Assembly (NCBI RefSeq): GCF_006345805.1
Contig: NC_043008.1
Coordinates: 79,728,879 to 79,792,878 of the forward strand
DNA length: 64,000 nucleotides
Reading direction: 5' to 3'
From: Octopus sinensis
Taxonomy: Eukaryota
The notes under the pieces: generated by a model
What the model saw: the letters and a program-made list of their open reading frames with translations, nothing else
What the model was told of the DNA's origin: nothing
Databases searched by the model: none
In this document: positions 39,894 to 52,689 of the stretch, one piece after another
Layout: each line of letters starts with the position of its first letter
How positions within the stretch are numbered: position 1 is the first letter of the stretch
Position numbers and translations under genes: made by a program

Positions 39894-40352
39894 TCTATAT
39901 ATGTAAAACTCAACTTGTGTGTCTGTGTGTTTAACTTTTGGATCTACCAAGTTTCATTATTAAGGATGAAAAGTAGTGTGTAGCAAATCTCTCTAAGTTG
40001 TCTGTGTGTGGCAGGTTTGGTAGCTTTCAATTAACACTATCTCCTTCAAGACCCTGCAGCGCAAGTTGACCAAAATTGAGAGTATGATAGAAGATAAAAT
40101 TCTGTAGAAGATAAAATTCAAATCGGACCATGTTAACACCAAAAATTATTTACATCAAAAAGGTGCTTTTTTTCTATGAAAATCCCTAATTTTTACAAGT
40201 TTTGACTGTTGTGTCACCATTTTTTGGTGTATTTCAACTGGAAAAATGTTCACTTGAAGAGAATAACAAGTTGCATAATGCAAAATTTTTACTTTTCAAA
40301 AATTCCAATTCTAAAGGGTCGAAACAAACCCAAGCAACACTAGGTGATACTG
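39894..40352 (+). mobile_element. Non-autonomous Helitron-like element, decayed
   Basis: 5' TCTATATATGTAAAA; 3' cccaagcaacactaggtgatactg, a decayed match to the cccgagcaacgccggg hairpin end seen at 57429-57456. Confidence 0.55.
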
Positions 40353-40499
40353 ATAATATATATATATATATATATAATTCAAAGGAATTCCAACTCTGTC
40401 TGTTTTTTTGTTTTATTTATATTCTTTATAATATTAATGTAGAATATAGAAAATATAGTATAAATAGTATATCTAGTAAAATGAAATGAAGTATTGATT

Positions 40500-42310
40500 G
40501 TCTTATTGAATATATGAAATATTGAATATCAAATATTTAGGGACTAGTATACTTTCTTGCATTTAAGCAGTCTTCAAGGTCCCAGGTTGTGACAAGAATG
40601 TTTCAACTGTAATTGACTGGCTGTCTTTTGTCCTTTATATACGTTCCTGAGGACAGCAGTAGTAGTTGTTTGGCTATTTTTAGAGATGATGCCAAACCAT
40701 TTTTCAATGTCTATTTTTAGAAATGATGACAGCAGTACTTTTTAGAGAGTTTTTGTGTTTTAGTTATAGGGATAAGATTTTTAAACCCCAAAATAAGATT
40801 AATTTAACCATTGTTTGTTAAGCTTGGGTTTGAATTTCTTAATAAAGTCCTTTTCTCTGAATTTCATTCAGGTTGTAAAGTTTATGAAATGGGAATATCA
40901 TAAAAGTTTTCCGACCACGTTGCCAGATGGTTACTCAGTGGTATTTGGCAGACTTCTGGGTTTTTAATTTGTTGTCGAGCGTTCTGATAGTGCATTACCT
41001 GTCTGGCCAACATACAGTTCTTCACAATTTGGGCATTTGATGCAGTAGATTAAATTTCTGCTTTTGCAGTTCATGTTCGAGTTTGTGAATATTTTCCCAG
41101 TTTTTGTGTTCATATATGGGCCGGTATGAATTAATTGGCATGTACCGCATTGGCTATCATTTCATTTAGACACAGTGAATGGTTGATCTTGCCTTTGTTA
41201 ATAACTTTTTCAAGCTTTTAGGCTGTCTCTTACTGAAAGTTATAGTTTGATCTGTAATGATATTTCTCAATTCCCTACTTTGTGCAATGATTAGTAGGCT
41301 TACTTTAGCGATATTGAAGATGTTCTGGTGTCATGGATTGTGTGTCACTATAAATGGTATGATTTGTTCTTGTTTTTCTCTTCTTTGTGGTGTCCTCAGT
41401 GATTGGATATTTTCATAGCCCGCTGAATACCATTTTCTATAAGTAGGGATGGGTATTTTTGTTTCAGCAGAAATTCTTTCAGTTCCATCAGGTGCTGATT
41501 TCTGGTCTTTTGATTCTCTACAATAGTACAGATTCTTCTGGCTAAGCAGTATGGGATGTTACGTTTTGTATGCGGTGGATGGCACGATTTAAAATTCAGG
41601 TATTGGTGTGTATCTGTGTGTTTATAATATATGTGGTAATGGCGGTGTTCTTTTTAATCATCATTATATCTAGAAATGGTAATTTGGTACTGCTCATCTT
41701 CTTTGTAAATTGGATTGATGGGTGTAGGTTGTTCAGGAGGATGTTGAATTCTTCCACAGTGTTTTGAGATCTTGTCCAGATTATGAAGCAATCGTTGAGG
41801 TATCTCCTCCATGCTTTTTCAATATACTTCCTAAATTCAGTGCTGTATCTCTCCTCTGTTTCCTGGTAGAGCTTTTGCTCTAAGTATCCCATCACCAAGT
41901 TTGCATAAACGGGAGCAAACCTCATTCCCATTGCTGTACCTTTTATTTGGATGTAGTTCTTTCCATTGAAGAAGAAAGTGTTGTTTTCCCTTTCCATTGA
42001 AGAAGAAAGTGTTGTTTTCCAGAATAAATCTGACTGAGTCTAATATAAATGTCACTGTGAATCTTTTGGGAATTGCTTCTCTATATTTATGCCCAGTATT
42101 TGATTGCCTTTATTCCTAAATCATGTGGGATATTGGTGTAAAGGCTTACTACATCAAAGCTTAGTAGGATTGAATTTGTTTCAGTGGTTTTAGGAAGATG
42201 GGATAGAAAATTGATGTCATCCCGAATGAAGCTGGGTATGTAGGTACATAGTGGTTTTAAAATAATGGCGATGAAATTGCTTAGACAGTGGGTAGGGCAT
42301 GCTGGGCCAG
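40500..42310 (-). mobile_element. Penelope-like element: RT, GIY-YIG endonuclease and 3' pseudo-LTR, decayed
   Basis: SFDVVSLYTNIP, KGTAMG.RFAPVYANL.MG, WRRYLNDCF, LPFLD, NLIYCIKCPNC..LYVGQT. A 31-bp-period tandem duplication (41960-42020) shifts the frame. Confidence 0.9.
40540..40583 (-). ncRNA. Hammerhead-like motif in the Penelope 3' pseudo-LTR, imperfect core
   Basis: GGGAC-CUUGAAGA-CUGC UUAAAU GCAA-GAAA-GUAUACU-A-GUCCC: 5-bp stem I, palindromic stem III AGUAUACU, one extra U in the core. Confidence 0.6.
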
Positions 42311-42334
42311 CTATAATTGGTGATGCCTTAGGCA

Positions 42335-43945
42335 GAAAGAATTACAGAGGTATCAAATTGTTGGATCAGGTGATGAAAGTCACAGAGAGGTTTGTAGCCC
42401 AACTAATTAAGGACAGAGTCTAGATGAGATACAGTTTGGTTTTGCATCAGAGAGAAGCACCACTGATGCTATATTTCTGGTAAGGCAGCTGTAGGAGAAA
42501 TATCTAGCCAAAGATAAACCTGTGTACTTGGCTTTTGTTGACATGGAGAAAGCCTTTGTCAGGGTTCTCTGATCCCTTATCTGGTGGTCAATGCAGACTA
42601 AGGATAGATGAGTGGTTGGTGAGAGCTGTACAAGCCATGTAGAGAGATGATAGCAGTAAGATGAAGGTTGGCAACAAGTATAGCAAAGAATTTAGAGTAC
42701 AAGTAGGGGTTCACCAAGGATCAGTCCTAGTAATTTGGAAGGCAGACAAATCACAAATCCCTTCAGGCAGATGGCCCTGCTCAATCTGTAGGAAAGGCAT
42801 AGGTACAAATTCCATAAGATGTACCTGGTGTAAGTTACGGATAGGGGCAGCAATATCAGAGGAAGGTTAACAGGGAAAATAGTTTTCCTATGTGGAAGAT
42901 GCACAGGTACAATTAACACTAAAAATGTACAGAAAATAGACTCCATCAAATGCTGGTGGGAAAACTAGAATTAGTTGATAGCTTCTGTTATCTAGGTGAC
43001 CAAGTTAGTGGTAGGAGTAGTTGCTCTGAAAGCATAGCTGCAAGAATAAGAATAGGTAGGGCAAAATTCAGAGAGCTCCTACCTCTGTTGGTAACAAAGG
43101 GCCTCTCCCTCAGAGTGAAAAGCAGACTGTATGATGCCTGTGTGCAAACAGCTATGCTACATGGCAGTGAAACATGGGCTGTGACAGCTGAGGACATGCG
43201 TAGGCTTGAAAGAAATGAAGCTAGTGTGCTTTGCTGGATGTACAATGTCAGTATGCATGTACAACAAAGTGTAAACATCTTGAGAGAGAAGTTGGGGCAT
43301 AAAAGACATCAGATGTGGAGTGTAAGAGAGACCTCTGCATTGGTATGATCATGTGATGCATATGGATGCGGACAGCTGTTGAAGAGGGAGACCTAGGAAG
43401 ACATGAGACAAGGTGCTGAAGCATGATCTTTGAACATTCGGCCTTACAGAGGCAATGATAAGTGACTGAAACCTTTGGAGATATGCCGTGTTTGAGAAGA
43501 TCTGTTAAACCAAGTGAAATCATAGTTGTGGCTGTTGTTTGGTGTCATGTGACTGGCACTCATGCTGGTGGCACATAAAAAGCTTTCAAACACTGGGCAT
43601 CACAGAGGCAATGTGGCCAATGCCAGTGTTGTGTAACTAGCACTCATGCCGGTAGCACGTCAAAAGCACATTTCGAGTGCCAGGCCTCATGGAGACAATG
43701 ACAAATGACCAAGACTGTTGGCAATATGCTGTGCTTGAGAAGAAGACCTATCAAGCCAAGTTAAATCATAGCAATAGCAGATACTGGCGTCATACAACTG
43801 GCATCTGTGCCAGTGACATGTAAAAGCACCCATTACACTCTTAGAGTGATTGGTGTTAGGAAGGGCATCTAGCTGTAATAACCATATCAAATCAGACTGT
43901 AGTCTGGTGCAGTCTCTCAGCTTATCAGCCTAGGACAATGATGAT
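42335..43945 (+). mobile_element. RTE LINE RT to 3' end, decayed
   Basis: NYRGIKLLDQVMKV, AFVDMEKAF, GVHQGSVL, FCYLGD, LHGSETWAV; (GAT)n tail near 43940. Confidence 0.85.
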
Positions 43946-45220
43946 ATATATTTTATGATGATGTTATATATTTTATATATATATATATATATATGTACAC
44001 ACACATACATTTATCTTTATATAATAATAAAGGCAGCTGTACACAATATAAAACTGAAAATATAAAATTCAATTGTCACTAACTGTGACTGACTCCATTG
44101 CTGAATGGGTTGGATAAATCCTAACTGTCAATATATAGTGTTTAATGAATGAATCAATGGATGATTCAAGAAAATGGTAATGCGTAAATCATAAAATAAG
44201 GAAGGCGGTTATATGTAATATAAAGCAAAAAATGAAAAATTCAGTTGACACTAACTCTGACTGATGGTGCAGGGTAGCATCTACATTGCTAGAAATAGGA
44301 GTTTTAAAAAAACCCATTAGAGTCGCAAGAAAACACATGTCTATGCACTGACAGAGAGATAACTGCTTCACAATGAGCAAGATTACTATACAAATCAAGT
44401 TTCGTTTGCAGCTCTAAGGGATTTTTAACTCTTATTTCAAGCAATGCAGGTGCTATCCTGCACTGTCAGTCACAATCAGTGACAATTAAATTTTTCCTTT
44501 TTGGTTTTATATTGCGTATAGTCTTCTTTGTTATTTTATAATTTTCACATTATCATTTTGCTGAATCAGCTGTTGATTCATACGGTAAATACTATATATT
44601 GACAGTAGGGATGTAGTCACTATTGATGAGCTTTAATTTCAATCAAAATTAAACTGGTATAGTGATCTCACTCACTGTGGTTAACTCTCTCATCAGTATA
44701 TGGACATGTGCTTCCTTACAGCTCTTAGTGCTTTGTAACACACACACACATATATGTGCACACACACCCACATACATTTGTCTACACATATATACTTGTG
44801 TGTACATGCAAGCATACATACATACATATATACATACATATATTTTACTAGATTCAGTCACTAGACTGTAGTCATGCTGGGGTACCACAAAAAATCCCAA
44901 ATTTTATTTAATTTGCTTTGCGGGAAGGACTGTTTTAACAAAGTTGCATCTTGTCCCTACCTTCAAAACACAGAGTAGAAAAAACAGGGGACAACTGATG
45001 AAGGGAATGTTCTTTATGTTGCCTGTCTCATTTCTCTATTTGTTTCTTTCATTGTTCGAAAATTTTTCATCTTCTCTGTTTTTATATATGTTCTCATTTC
45101 TCTTTTTGTGCATATTTTTTTGATGTCCTGCACCCATATATGCATGTATATATACATATATTGTAGGTATGTACATATATGTATATATGCATATACTTAT
45201 ATATTATTTATATTATCATT

Positions 45221-45278
<58 letters not shown>

Positions 45279-45280
<2 letters not shown>

Positions 45281-46143
45281 CCACAGGCTTAGCCAATACG
45301 CAGGATGAAAAATATCAGCTAAGTCCTGTTCCTCTTTTCATTGTTTTTGCAAGTATCATCATCACCATCAAGCCTTCTTATTATTATTGTTTCCCCATAT
45401 ATTAGCGTTATCGTTGTCTTTCGTCTCAAATGCTAGCTGAAGCATATAAACTTTCACTCACAAAAACTTATTCACACGGCCGCAAAAACATCTCGTCTCA
45501 AATCTGGTCTTTCTTTCTGTCGCTTAATTCTCTAACCCATCTTTTCCCAACTTCCACTCATAGAAACTTATGCACACGATCGCAAAGCATTCCATCTCAA
45601 ATCCTGTCTTTCTTTCTGCCGCCAAAATCTCATCTTCTCCCAGTGCGCCGTGTCGTTTTGTCCCTCTGTTATCACTATGTCTCTCTCTCTCTCTCGCTAT
45701 GTGGTGTCGGTTTCTCCCTCTGTTATCACTGTCTCTCTCTCTCTCTGTATATATCTCACCTTCACTCGCTTCCACAGGCTTAGCCAATACGCAGGATGAA
45801 AAATATCAGCTAAGTCCTGTTCCTCTTTTCATTGTTTTTGCAAGTATCATCATCACCATCAAGCCTTCTTATTATTATTGTTTCCCCATATATTAGCGTT
45901 ATCGTTGTCTTTCGTCTCAAATGCTAGCTGAAGCATATAAACTTTCACTCACAAAAACTTATTCACACGGCCGCAAAAACATCTCGTCTCAAATCTGGTC
46001 TTTCTTTCTGTCGCTTAATTCTCTAACCCATCTTTTCCCAACTTCCACTCATAGAAACTTATGCACACGATCGCAAAGCATTCCATCTCAAATCCTGTCT
46101 TTCTTTCTGCCGCCAAAATCTCATCTTCTCCCAGTGCGCCGTG
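45279..46143 (+). repeat. Direct duplication of a 374-bp segment (45279-45652 and 45770-46143)
   Basis: The two copies look identical by eye and give identical ORF translations; period 491 bp. Confidence 0.9.
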
Positions 46144-46279
46144 CGTCCGCCCTCCCACCCCCACCACCAATACCAATACCAATACCAATACCGGTGAACA
46201 CTGTTCTCACCATCTACACCGGATACTCCCTCCTCCTCCCCCACCACCCCTTCCTACCCCTTCTCCTCATATGCTTTCA

Positions 46280-46775
46280 CTGTGAAAAGTCAAGCTGCTA
46301 GCATCACAGCTCATCAACCGCCCACTGATCTTACGCTTCCTCCTGTTTTGAATCTGACACTGCCTCAATCCTACTATCTCCTTCCAGTCCTCTCCACGCC
46401 TCGTAATATCCTACGTTTTTATTTCTTATGAACCTGCACCAACCCTTCCTGCCATCGTTCCTCCTTACCCCCCAACCTTCCCCACCCCCCAAAGTACCCC
46501 GGATCCCGTTGCCCCCCGTGCCGCTGGCACGTTAAAAGCTCGAACCGATCGCGACCGATGCCGGACCCCCTGGCCCCTGTGCAGGTGGCACGTAAAAAGC
46601 ACCCACTCCACTCACGGAGTGGTTGGCGTTAGGAAGGGCATCCAGCCGTAGAAACTCTGCCAGATCAGACTGGAGCGGCCCCTGGCTTCCCAGACCCCGG
46701 TCGAACCGTCCAACCCGTGCTAGCGCGGAAAACGGACGTTAAACGATGATGATGATGATGATGATGATGATGATA
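46280..46775 (+). mobile_element. RTE 3' UTR with long (GAT)n tail
   Basis: ggtggcacgtaaaaagcaccc...ggacgttaaacgatgatgatg. Confidence 0.8.
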
Positions 46776-46777
46776 TA

Positions 46778-48165
46778 TATACTGATTTAACTAAGGCCTT
46801 TGATACTGTAAATAGGGCCTTTCTATGGAAAATACTTGGTAAACTCGGATGTCCGGATCATTTTGTATCTATAATTAAATCATTTCATGATGGGATCGAG
46901 GCTTGGGTCAATGTTGGGGGTGCCATGGCGGGACCCATTCCTGTAGAGAATGGTGTCAAGCAGGGTGACATCCTTGACCCAACTCTCTTTTCTTTGTACT
47001 TTGCTGCTGCTTTTACTCATGCTTTTGCTAAGGTTAGCTCTCTGGGAATATATGTCGATATCGATCTTCTGGCCGCCTCTTTAATCTTCGCCGATTTGCT
47101 GCCAATTCAAAGGTTTCCCAGTCTATTATTCGTGACCTCCTTTATGCAGATGACTGTGACTTAGTCACTCATACAGTGGATGACATGCAAATACTCATGA
47201 ATTGCATTTCTGCTTCTTGCAGGGCATTTGGACTCAGCATTAGCCTGGACAAGACTGTTGTAATGTTCCAGCCTGCACCAGGAAATCCATATATAGAACC
47301 AGCTATCTTGGTTGAAGGAACAATTCTGAAGGTAGAAGACAAGTTTGTCTACCTGGGCAGCACACTCAGCCGTTCTTGCTCCCTGGATGAGAAAATATCT
47401 TTCAGGTTACAGAGAGCAACTAATTCCTTCCGGTCTCTTCAGTCTCGTGTCTGGTCCCAACATGGCATCACAAGGAGAACAAAAGTTGCTGTGTACCGTG
47501 CTTGTGTACTGACATCGCTTCTCTACTCATGTGAGACATGGACTCTGTACAAACGTCAGGTAAGGGTCCTTGAACGTTTTCATCAGAGATGTCTCAGACA
47601 CATTCTCAATGTTGGCTGGACCTCAAAAATTCCAGACACACAGATCCTGAGGACAGCTGATATCTTGAGTATTGAGGCAATGGTACACAAGCACCGGTTG
47701 CGTTGGACTGGACACCTTATTAGAATGGAGGATAGAAGGATTCCTAAGCAGATGCCCTATGGAGAACTTGTGAATGGAAGGAGACTCCGGCAGAAACCAA
47801 GGCTACGATTTAAGGACTGTGTCAAGTCCTCATTAAAGGCTTTTGATATACAGGACACTGACTGGGAGGACAATGCCTGTCATCGCCACAGATGGAGGAA
47901 GCAGGTTAAGGAGGGGATCGACACTTTTGAGAGAGCACGTATCCAGCATGAACAACTTAAGCGAGCTGCGCGAAAGCGCATGGCTTGTATAGTGAATGGG
48001 GAAAGCTTGGTCTGCAATGTTTGCAGTCGTATATGCTTGTCAAGAGCAGGGCTCATTAGCCACCAACGGAGCCGCAAATGCAAAATATAAGTTAGTCCTA
48101 GAGCGCACAATGTTCCTGAAGGTCGGCAATGGTCTTCCTTGGTCACGAGTGGACGGCCATCATAT
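46778..48165 (+). mobile_element. RTE-BovB-like LINE, 5'-truncated (RT to 3' end), one frameshift
   Basis: DLTKAFDTVNR, GVKQGD, LLYADD, F.YLGS, 304-aa open C-terminal ORF ending in [20 protein letters not shown]; short 3' UTR ending catcat. Confidence 0.85.
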
Positions 48166-48428
48166 GCATATACTTATATATTATTTATATTATTATTATT
48201 ATTATATATATATATACATATATATACATATATGTATATATATATACATATATGTATATATATATACATTTATATACATATATATATGTATATATATACA
48301 TATATATACATATATGTATATATATATATACATATATATACATATAGTATATATATATATATTATATATATATATACAATATGTATATATATATATAATA
48401 TACATATATGTATATATATATATATACA

Positions 48429-48476
<48 letters not shown>

Positions 48477-48478
48477 CA

Positions 48479-48568
<90 letters not shown>
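48166..48568. repeat. (TA)n/(TATACA)n microsatellite
   Basis: Direct inspection. Confidence 0.95.
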
Positions 48569-48569
<1 letters not shown>

Positions 48570-48570
<1 letters not shown>

Positions 48571-48900
48571 TGTGAAAATTAGAAGAAAACCACCTCTTAT
48601 CAATTCAACAATGAAAAAACTAAATATACCATATAGAAAAAAATTACATCCTATAGAAAAGAAATTAAATATAAGATATAAACATATACCAATTATTAAG
48701 TAACGTATAAAATAATAAATAAAACATATATAATTGGTAAAATGACAACACGTGTTTTGTGGCTATATTTAAGAACTGATAACACCAAAATCAATTCAAT
48801 TTAAATATAGCCACTCTTCAGGTTAAAGATAAAAACAATAAAATAAATAAATATACGTATATAATCTTGTAAAATATGAAATATCTTAACAAATATATAA
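48570..48900 (-). mobile_element. AT-rich repeat (second copy 56113-56460 +) carrying a hammerhead-like motif; probable Penelope-type end
   Basis: Reverse-complement homology between the copies; CUGAAGA, 14-bp stem II and palindromic ACACGUGU at 48743-48826. Confidence 0.55.
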
Positions 48901-48949
48901 TTATGAATGCTAAGACCTACATTATTACATTTAAAATTCAGTTATAAAA

Positions 48950-51840
48950 TTCTCATCAATAAGATGCAATCAAGCCCTATGCATAGCACTCGTGGAAACT
49001 CACCTCAGCCCTGATATAGACGACGCAGAAGTACACATACCAAACTATGCCATACTGCGAACAGACAGAAGGGAAAGGAGCCATGGTGGAGTTGCTGTAT
49101 ACATCCGAGATGACCTCACACCTCAGGTCTTAATGACATACTCAAATTCGGTATGTGACACTTTAATTGTATACATAAGACAACATAATATAGTCATATG
49201 CAATACATATTGCACACCGGATGCTCCAAATCACATAGGGAAGTTTGAAGATTACCTCACAAGAATTAAAGAAATCTTCATGAATCTGGAACACCACGTG
49301 ACCATATTTCTTATGGGTGATTTCAACTTTCCCAACGTCAAATGGCCTGAAGGTCTCATACTCTCAGGAATGAATCATTGCAAGCAAGTACAGGTGGAGT
49401 CCCTGCTCAACCTCACCAACGCCTTATTCATGGAGCAAGTTGTACTCAAACCAACTAGGGCGAATAACATTCTGGATCTCTGCTTCACGAACAATATGGA
49501 CATCATTCATGATGTGAAAGTGACACCGACATTAGTTTTGGATCACAACATAATAGAGCTGTCTATGTTTGGGCCAAAAGTAACAAGAGAGATACAGCCT
49601 AAAGGAAGCACCCGAAATCTCTCCAATCTAAACTTCCACAAAGCAGATTGGAAATCGATCCAAAAAGAGATCCTCAGAGAGGACTGGCCGGAATGTCTCT
49701 CCACACCAGACATTGACATGAAACTAGAATGTTTCATGTCTTCTGTGCAAGCCGTATGCCAGAAATATATCCCAGAGCACAAGGCCAAAAAAAATAGGAG
49801 CAAGATTCCAAGAGACAGGAAGATCCTCATGAGACGATGGACGAAGGTTGCAAATCGTCTCAACCAACATCCCAAAAGTAGCGAAACGTCCCGCCTAAAA
49901 ACAACACTGATAGTGATCGAAATAAGGCTGCAACAATTCTATGTGAGAAAGAAAGCAGACAAAGAAGCCTGGGTTATAAAAAACATTAAATTAAACCCAA
50001 AGGCCTTCTTTCATTATGCGAAAGAAACAGTCTCAGTACACTACAAGATAGGACTCCTCCTCCAAAAGGATGGCGCCCTCACAGACAGTCCAACTAAGAT
50101 CAGTGAGATGCTGAATGACCAGTTCAAAAGTGTCTTTACCATCCTGTTGGAACACAGACAAGTGAACAAACCAGTGGACTTCTTTGCCGTCTCACCTATA
50201 ACCAGCGAGGCGGTTACAATAGAATGTATTGACATTAGCGAAGAAGATGTCCTAGCCATAAATGAAGTGGACACAAACTCAACTGCTGGTCCAGATGGTT
50301 TCCCAGAAATCCTCCTCAAAGCATGTAAGCATGCCCTGGCAAAACCCCTCAAGATTCTTTTCCAGAGCTTTCTTACAAATGGCAAACTGCCAAGCAAGCT
50401 GAAGGAGGGAATAATATGCCCAATACATAAAGGGGGAAGTAGAGCAGATGCCAAAAATTATAGGCCTATCTCTCTGACTTCACACATCACCAAAGTCATG
50501 GAACGGATAGTCAGAAAGAAACTAATCGCATTCCTTGAGGAAAATAACTTGCTGAGTGATACCCAGCATGGTTTTCAACCAGGTAGGAGCTGCCTGACCC
50601 AGCTCTTACAACATTATGACTGGATGTTGAGGCAGTTACTCAGCAAATCAAATGTGGATGTAATCTACCTTGATTTTGCAAAAGCTTTTGATAAGGTGGA
50701 TCATGGTATGATATGCCACAAACTGCATGACCTCGGCATAGCTGGAAAACTTAGCTGAAAGATAGGAGTCAGGCAGTAGTGGTTAGTGGAGCCACCTCTA
50801 TGAACACACAAATAGTGAGTGGTGTTCCACAGGGAAGTGTCTTGGGATCACTGCTTTTTATAGTGGCCCTCTCAGATATGCCCTCAAATGCCCGGATAGC
50901 CACTCTGGCAAGCTATGCAGACGATACGAAAGTCTTGCAGAAAATACAGAACCCCAGCGATGTTGCACACCTGCAGCAGGAGTTGGACTCAATCTACAGA
51001 TGGGCTGAGGATAATAATATGCAGTTTAATGCTGAAAAATTCCAGGCCCTGCGCTACCAGCATCCAAAACTGAATATTAAACTTACAGGATACACCGGTC
51101 CACAGGGAATTTCAATCCCAGAGTCTAAGTCTGTGAGGGACCTGTGTATCGACATGAGTGAGGATACCTGGATGGATTCTAAGAATATTCAGAACCAGAG
51201 ATAAGGAAACCATGATGGTCCTCTGGCGGACATTCGTCTTCAGCCGCCTGGATTACTGCTCACAGCTATGGTCACCCACCAGTGTGAAATTAAAAGCGGA
51301 CCTTGAAGCAATCCAGAGAAGATTCACAAAGAAGATCGTCTCTTTGCAACAGCTCAGCTACTGGGAAAGGCTGAAACAGCTAAGACTCTACTTCCTGGAG
51401 AGAAGACAGGAGAGGCATGCAGTAATATATGTCTGGAAGATCCTGGAAGGGATTGTGCCAAATTTTGGCATTGTAAGCTACACCAATGCTTGAACAGGAC
51501 GACACTGCATAGTGCCAAAGATCCCAGCAATGCCATCATGCTTTAGGACCAGTTCCTGCAACAGCCTGGGTTTCAAGCGCCCACAGCTTTTTAATATTCT
51601 CCCAAAGTAGATGTAGCGGCTTTTAAATCAAAGCTGGACATCTTCCTGTCGAGAGTCCCAGATGAACCTACCTCACGGCAAGAGGTGCAAATGAGAGTAG
51701 CTATATCAAACTCTATTCTTCACCAAGTGCCACATATTAGAGGAGGTTCTTCGTAATAACAGTGTAGCACAAAACGGCGGTGCATCAGCATGGCCGCAGC
51801 TCTGAGCTGAAACAAGAAAAAAAAAAGAAAAAAAAAAGAA
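48950..51840 (+). mobile_element. CR1-clade LINE ORF2 (AP endonuclease and RT) with 3' UTR and A-rich tail
   Basis: 588-aa ORF: ETHL, MGDFNFP, LDLCFT, DHNII, NYRPISLTS, QHGF, YLDFAKAFDKVDH; then GVPQGSVLG, YADDTK, RLDYCSQLWSP. Small deletions near 50750 and 51165. Confidence 0.9.
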
Positions 51841-51902
51841 GCAACATTTTTATTTAACAAAATTATTTAATTTTTGAACTGTATTATGTTTGATTATTAT
51901 TA

Positions 51903-51940
<38 letters not shown>

Positions 51941-52174
51941 GTTAAAATATTAATTTATATATAGTTTCTTGATAATTATTAGTTAAGATACGTATATCTA
52001 TTTAATTTATTATATTTATTATTATTTTTATAATGTGATTTAACATATTACATGTAATTTACTTTGAGAAATAGTTTTGTAAAACAATATATTATTTAAT
52101 AGTTAGGAGATTTATTTGTTATGTAGTATTACATTTAATGCATATTTTGTATCTTATATATATATATATATATA

Positions 52175-52292
52175 TCATCATCATCATCTTTTAGCGTCCG
52201 TTTTCCATGCTAGCATGGGTTGGACGGTTCAACTGGGGTTTGTGAAGCCGGAAGGCTTCATCAGGCCCAGTCAGATCTGGCAGTGTTTCTAT
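52175..52292 (-). mobile_element. Short RTE 3' tail copy
   Basis: catcatcatcatcttttagcgtccgttttccatgctagcatggg. Confidence 0.75.
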
Positions 52293-52320
52293 GATATATA
52301 TATATATATATTATATATGT

Positions 52321-52473
52321 GGAGGCACAATGGCCCAGTGGTTAGGGCAGCGGACTCACGGTCATAGGATTGCGGTTTCGATTCCCAGACCGGGCGTTGT
52401 AAGTGTTTATTGAGCGAAAACACCTAAAAGCTCCACGAGGCTCCAGCTCTGAGCTGAAACTAGAAAAAAAAAA
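52321..52473 (+). mobile_element. tRNA-derived SINE, internally deleted
   Basis: A box TGGCCCAGTGG, B box GGTTTCGATTCCC, tail cagctctgagctgaaac plus A-run. Confidence 0.85.
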
Positions 52474-52689
52474 TATATATATATAGTAAATAACAATAGG
52501 GTAATAAGAAATTATTATTACAAGTGGCCTAGCACAAAAAGCGAATTAGTCATTAGACTATATATTATTCTCATAGAAATACAAGAGGCTTCCAAATAGA
52601 AAAGCCTTGTGCTAGAAAGAGCAGTAGAAAACTCAAACCACCAATTAAGGATAAATTCACGAAAGGAATGAAAATTAAAAATTTATACA

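Noticed and set aside
44950-45065. UUGUCCC/GGGACAA stem followed by CUGAUGA, suggesting a type III hammerhead
   Set aside because: There is no correctly placed stem II plus GAAA or matching stem III strand in this copy. It may be a deleted relic but cannot be supported.
52321-52395. tRNA gene (also 60505-60582 on -)
   Set aside because: A and B boxes are present, but the cloverleaf is incomplete and runs into a LINE-derived tail, so it is a SINE head.
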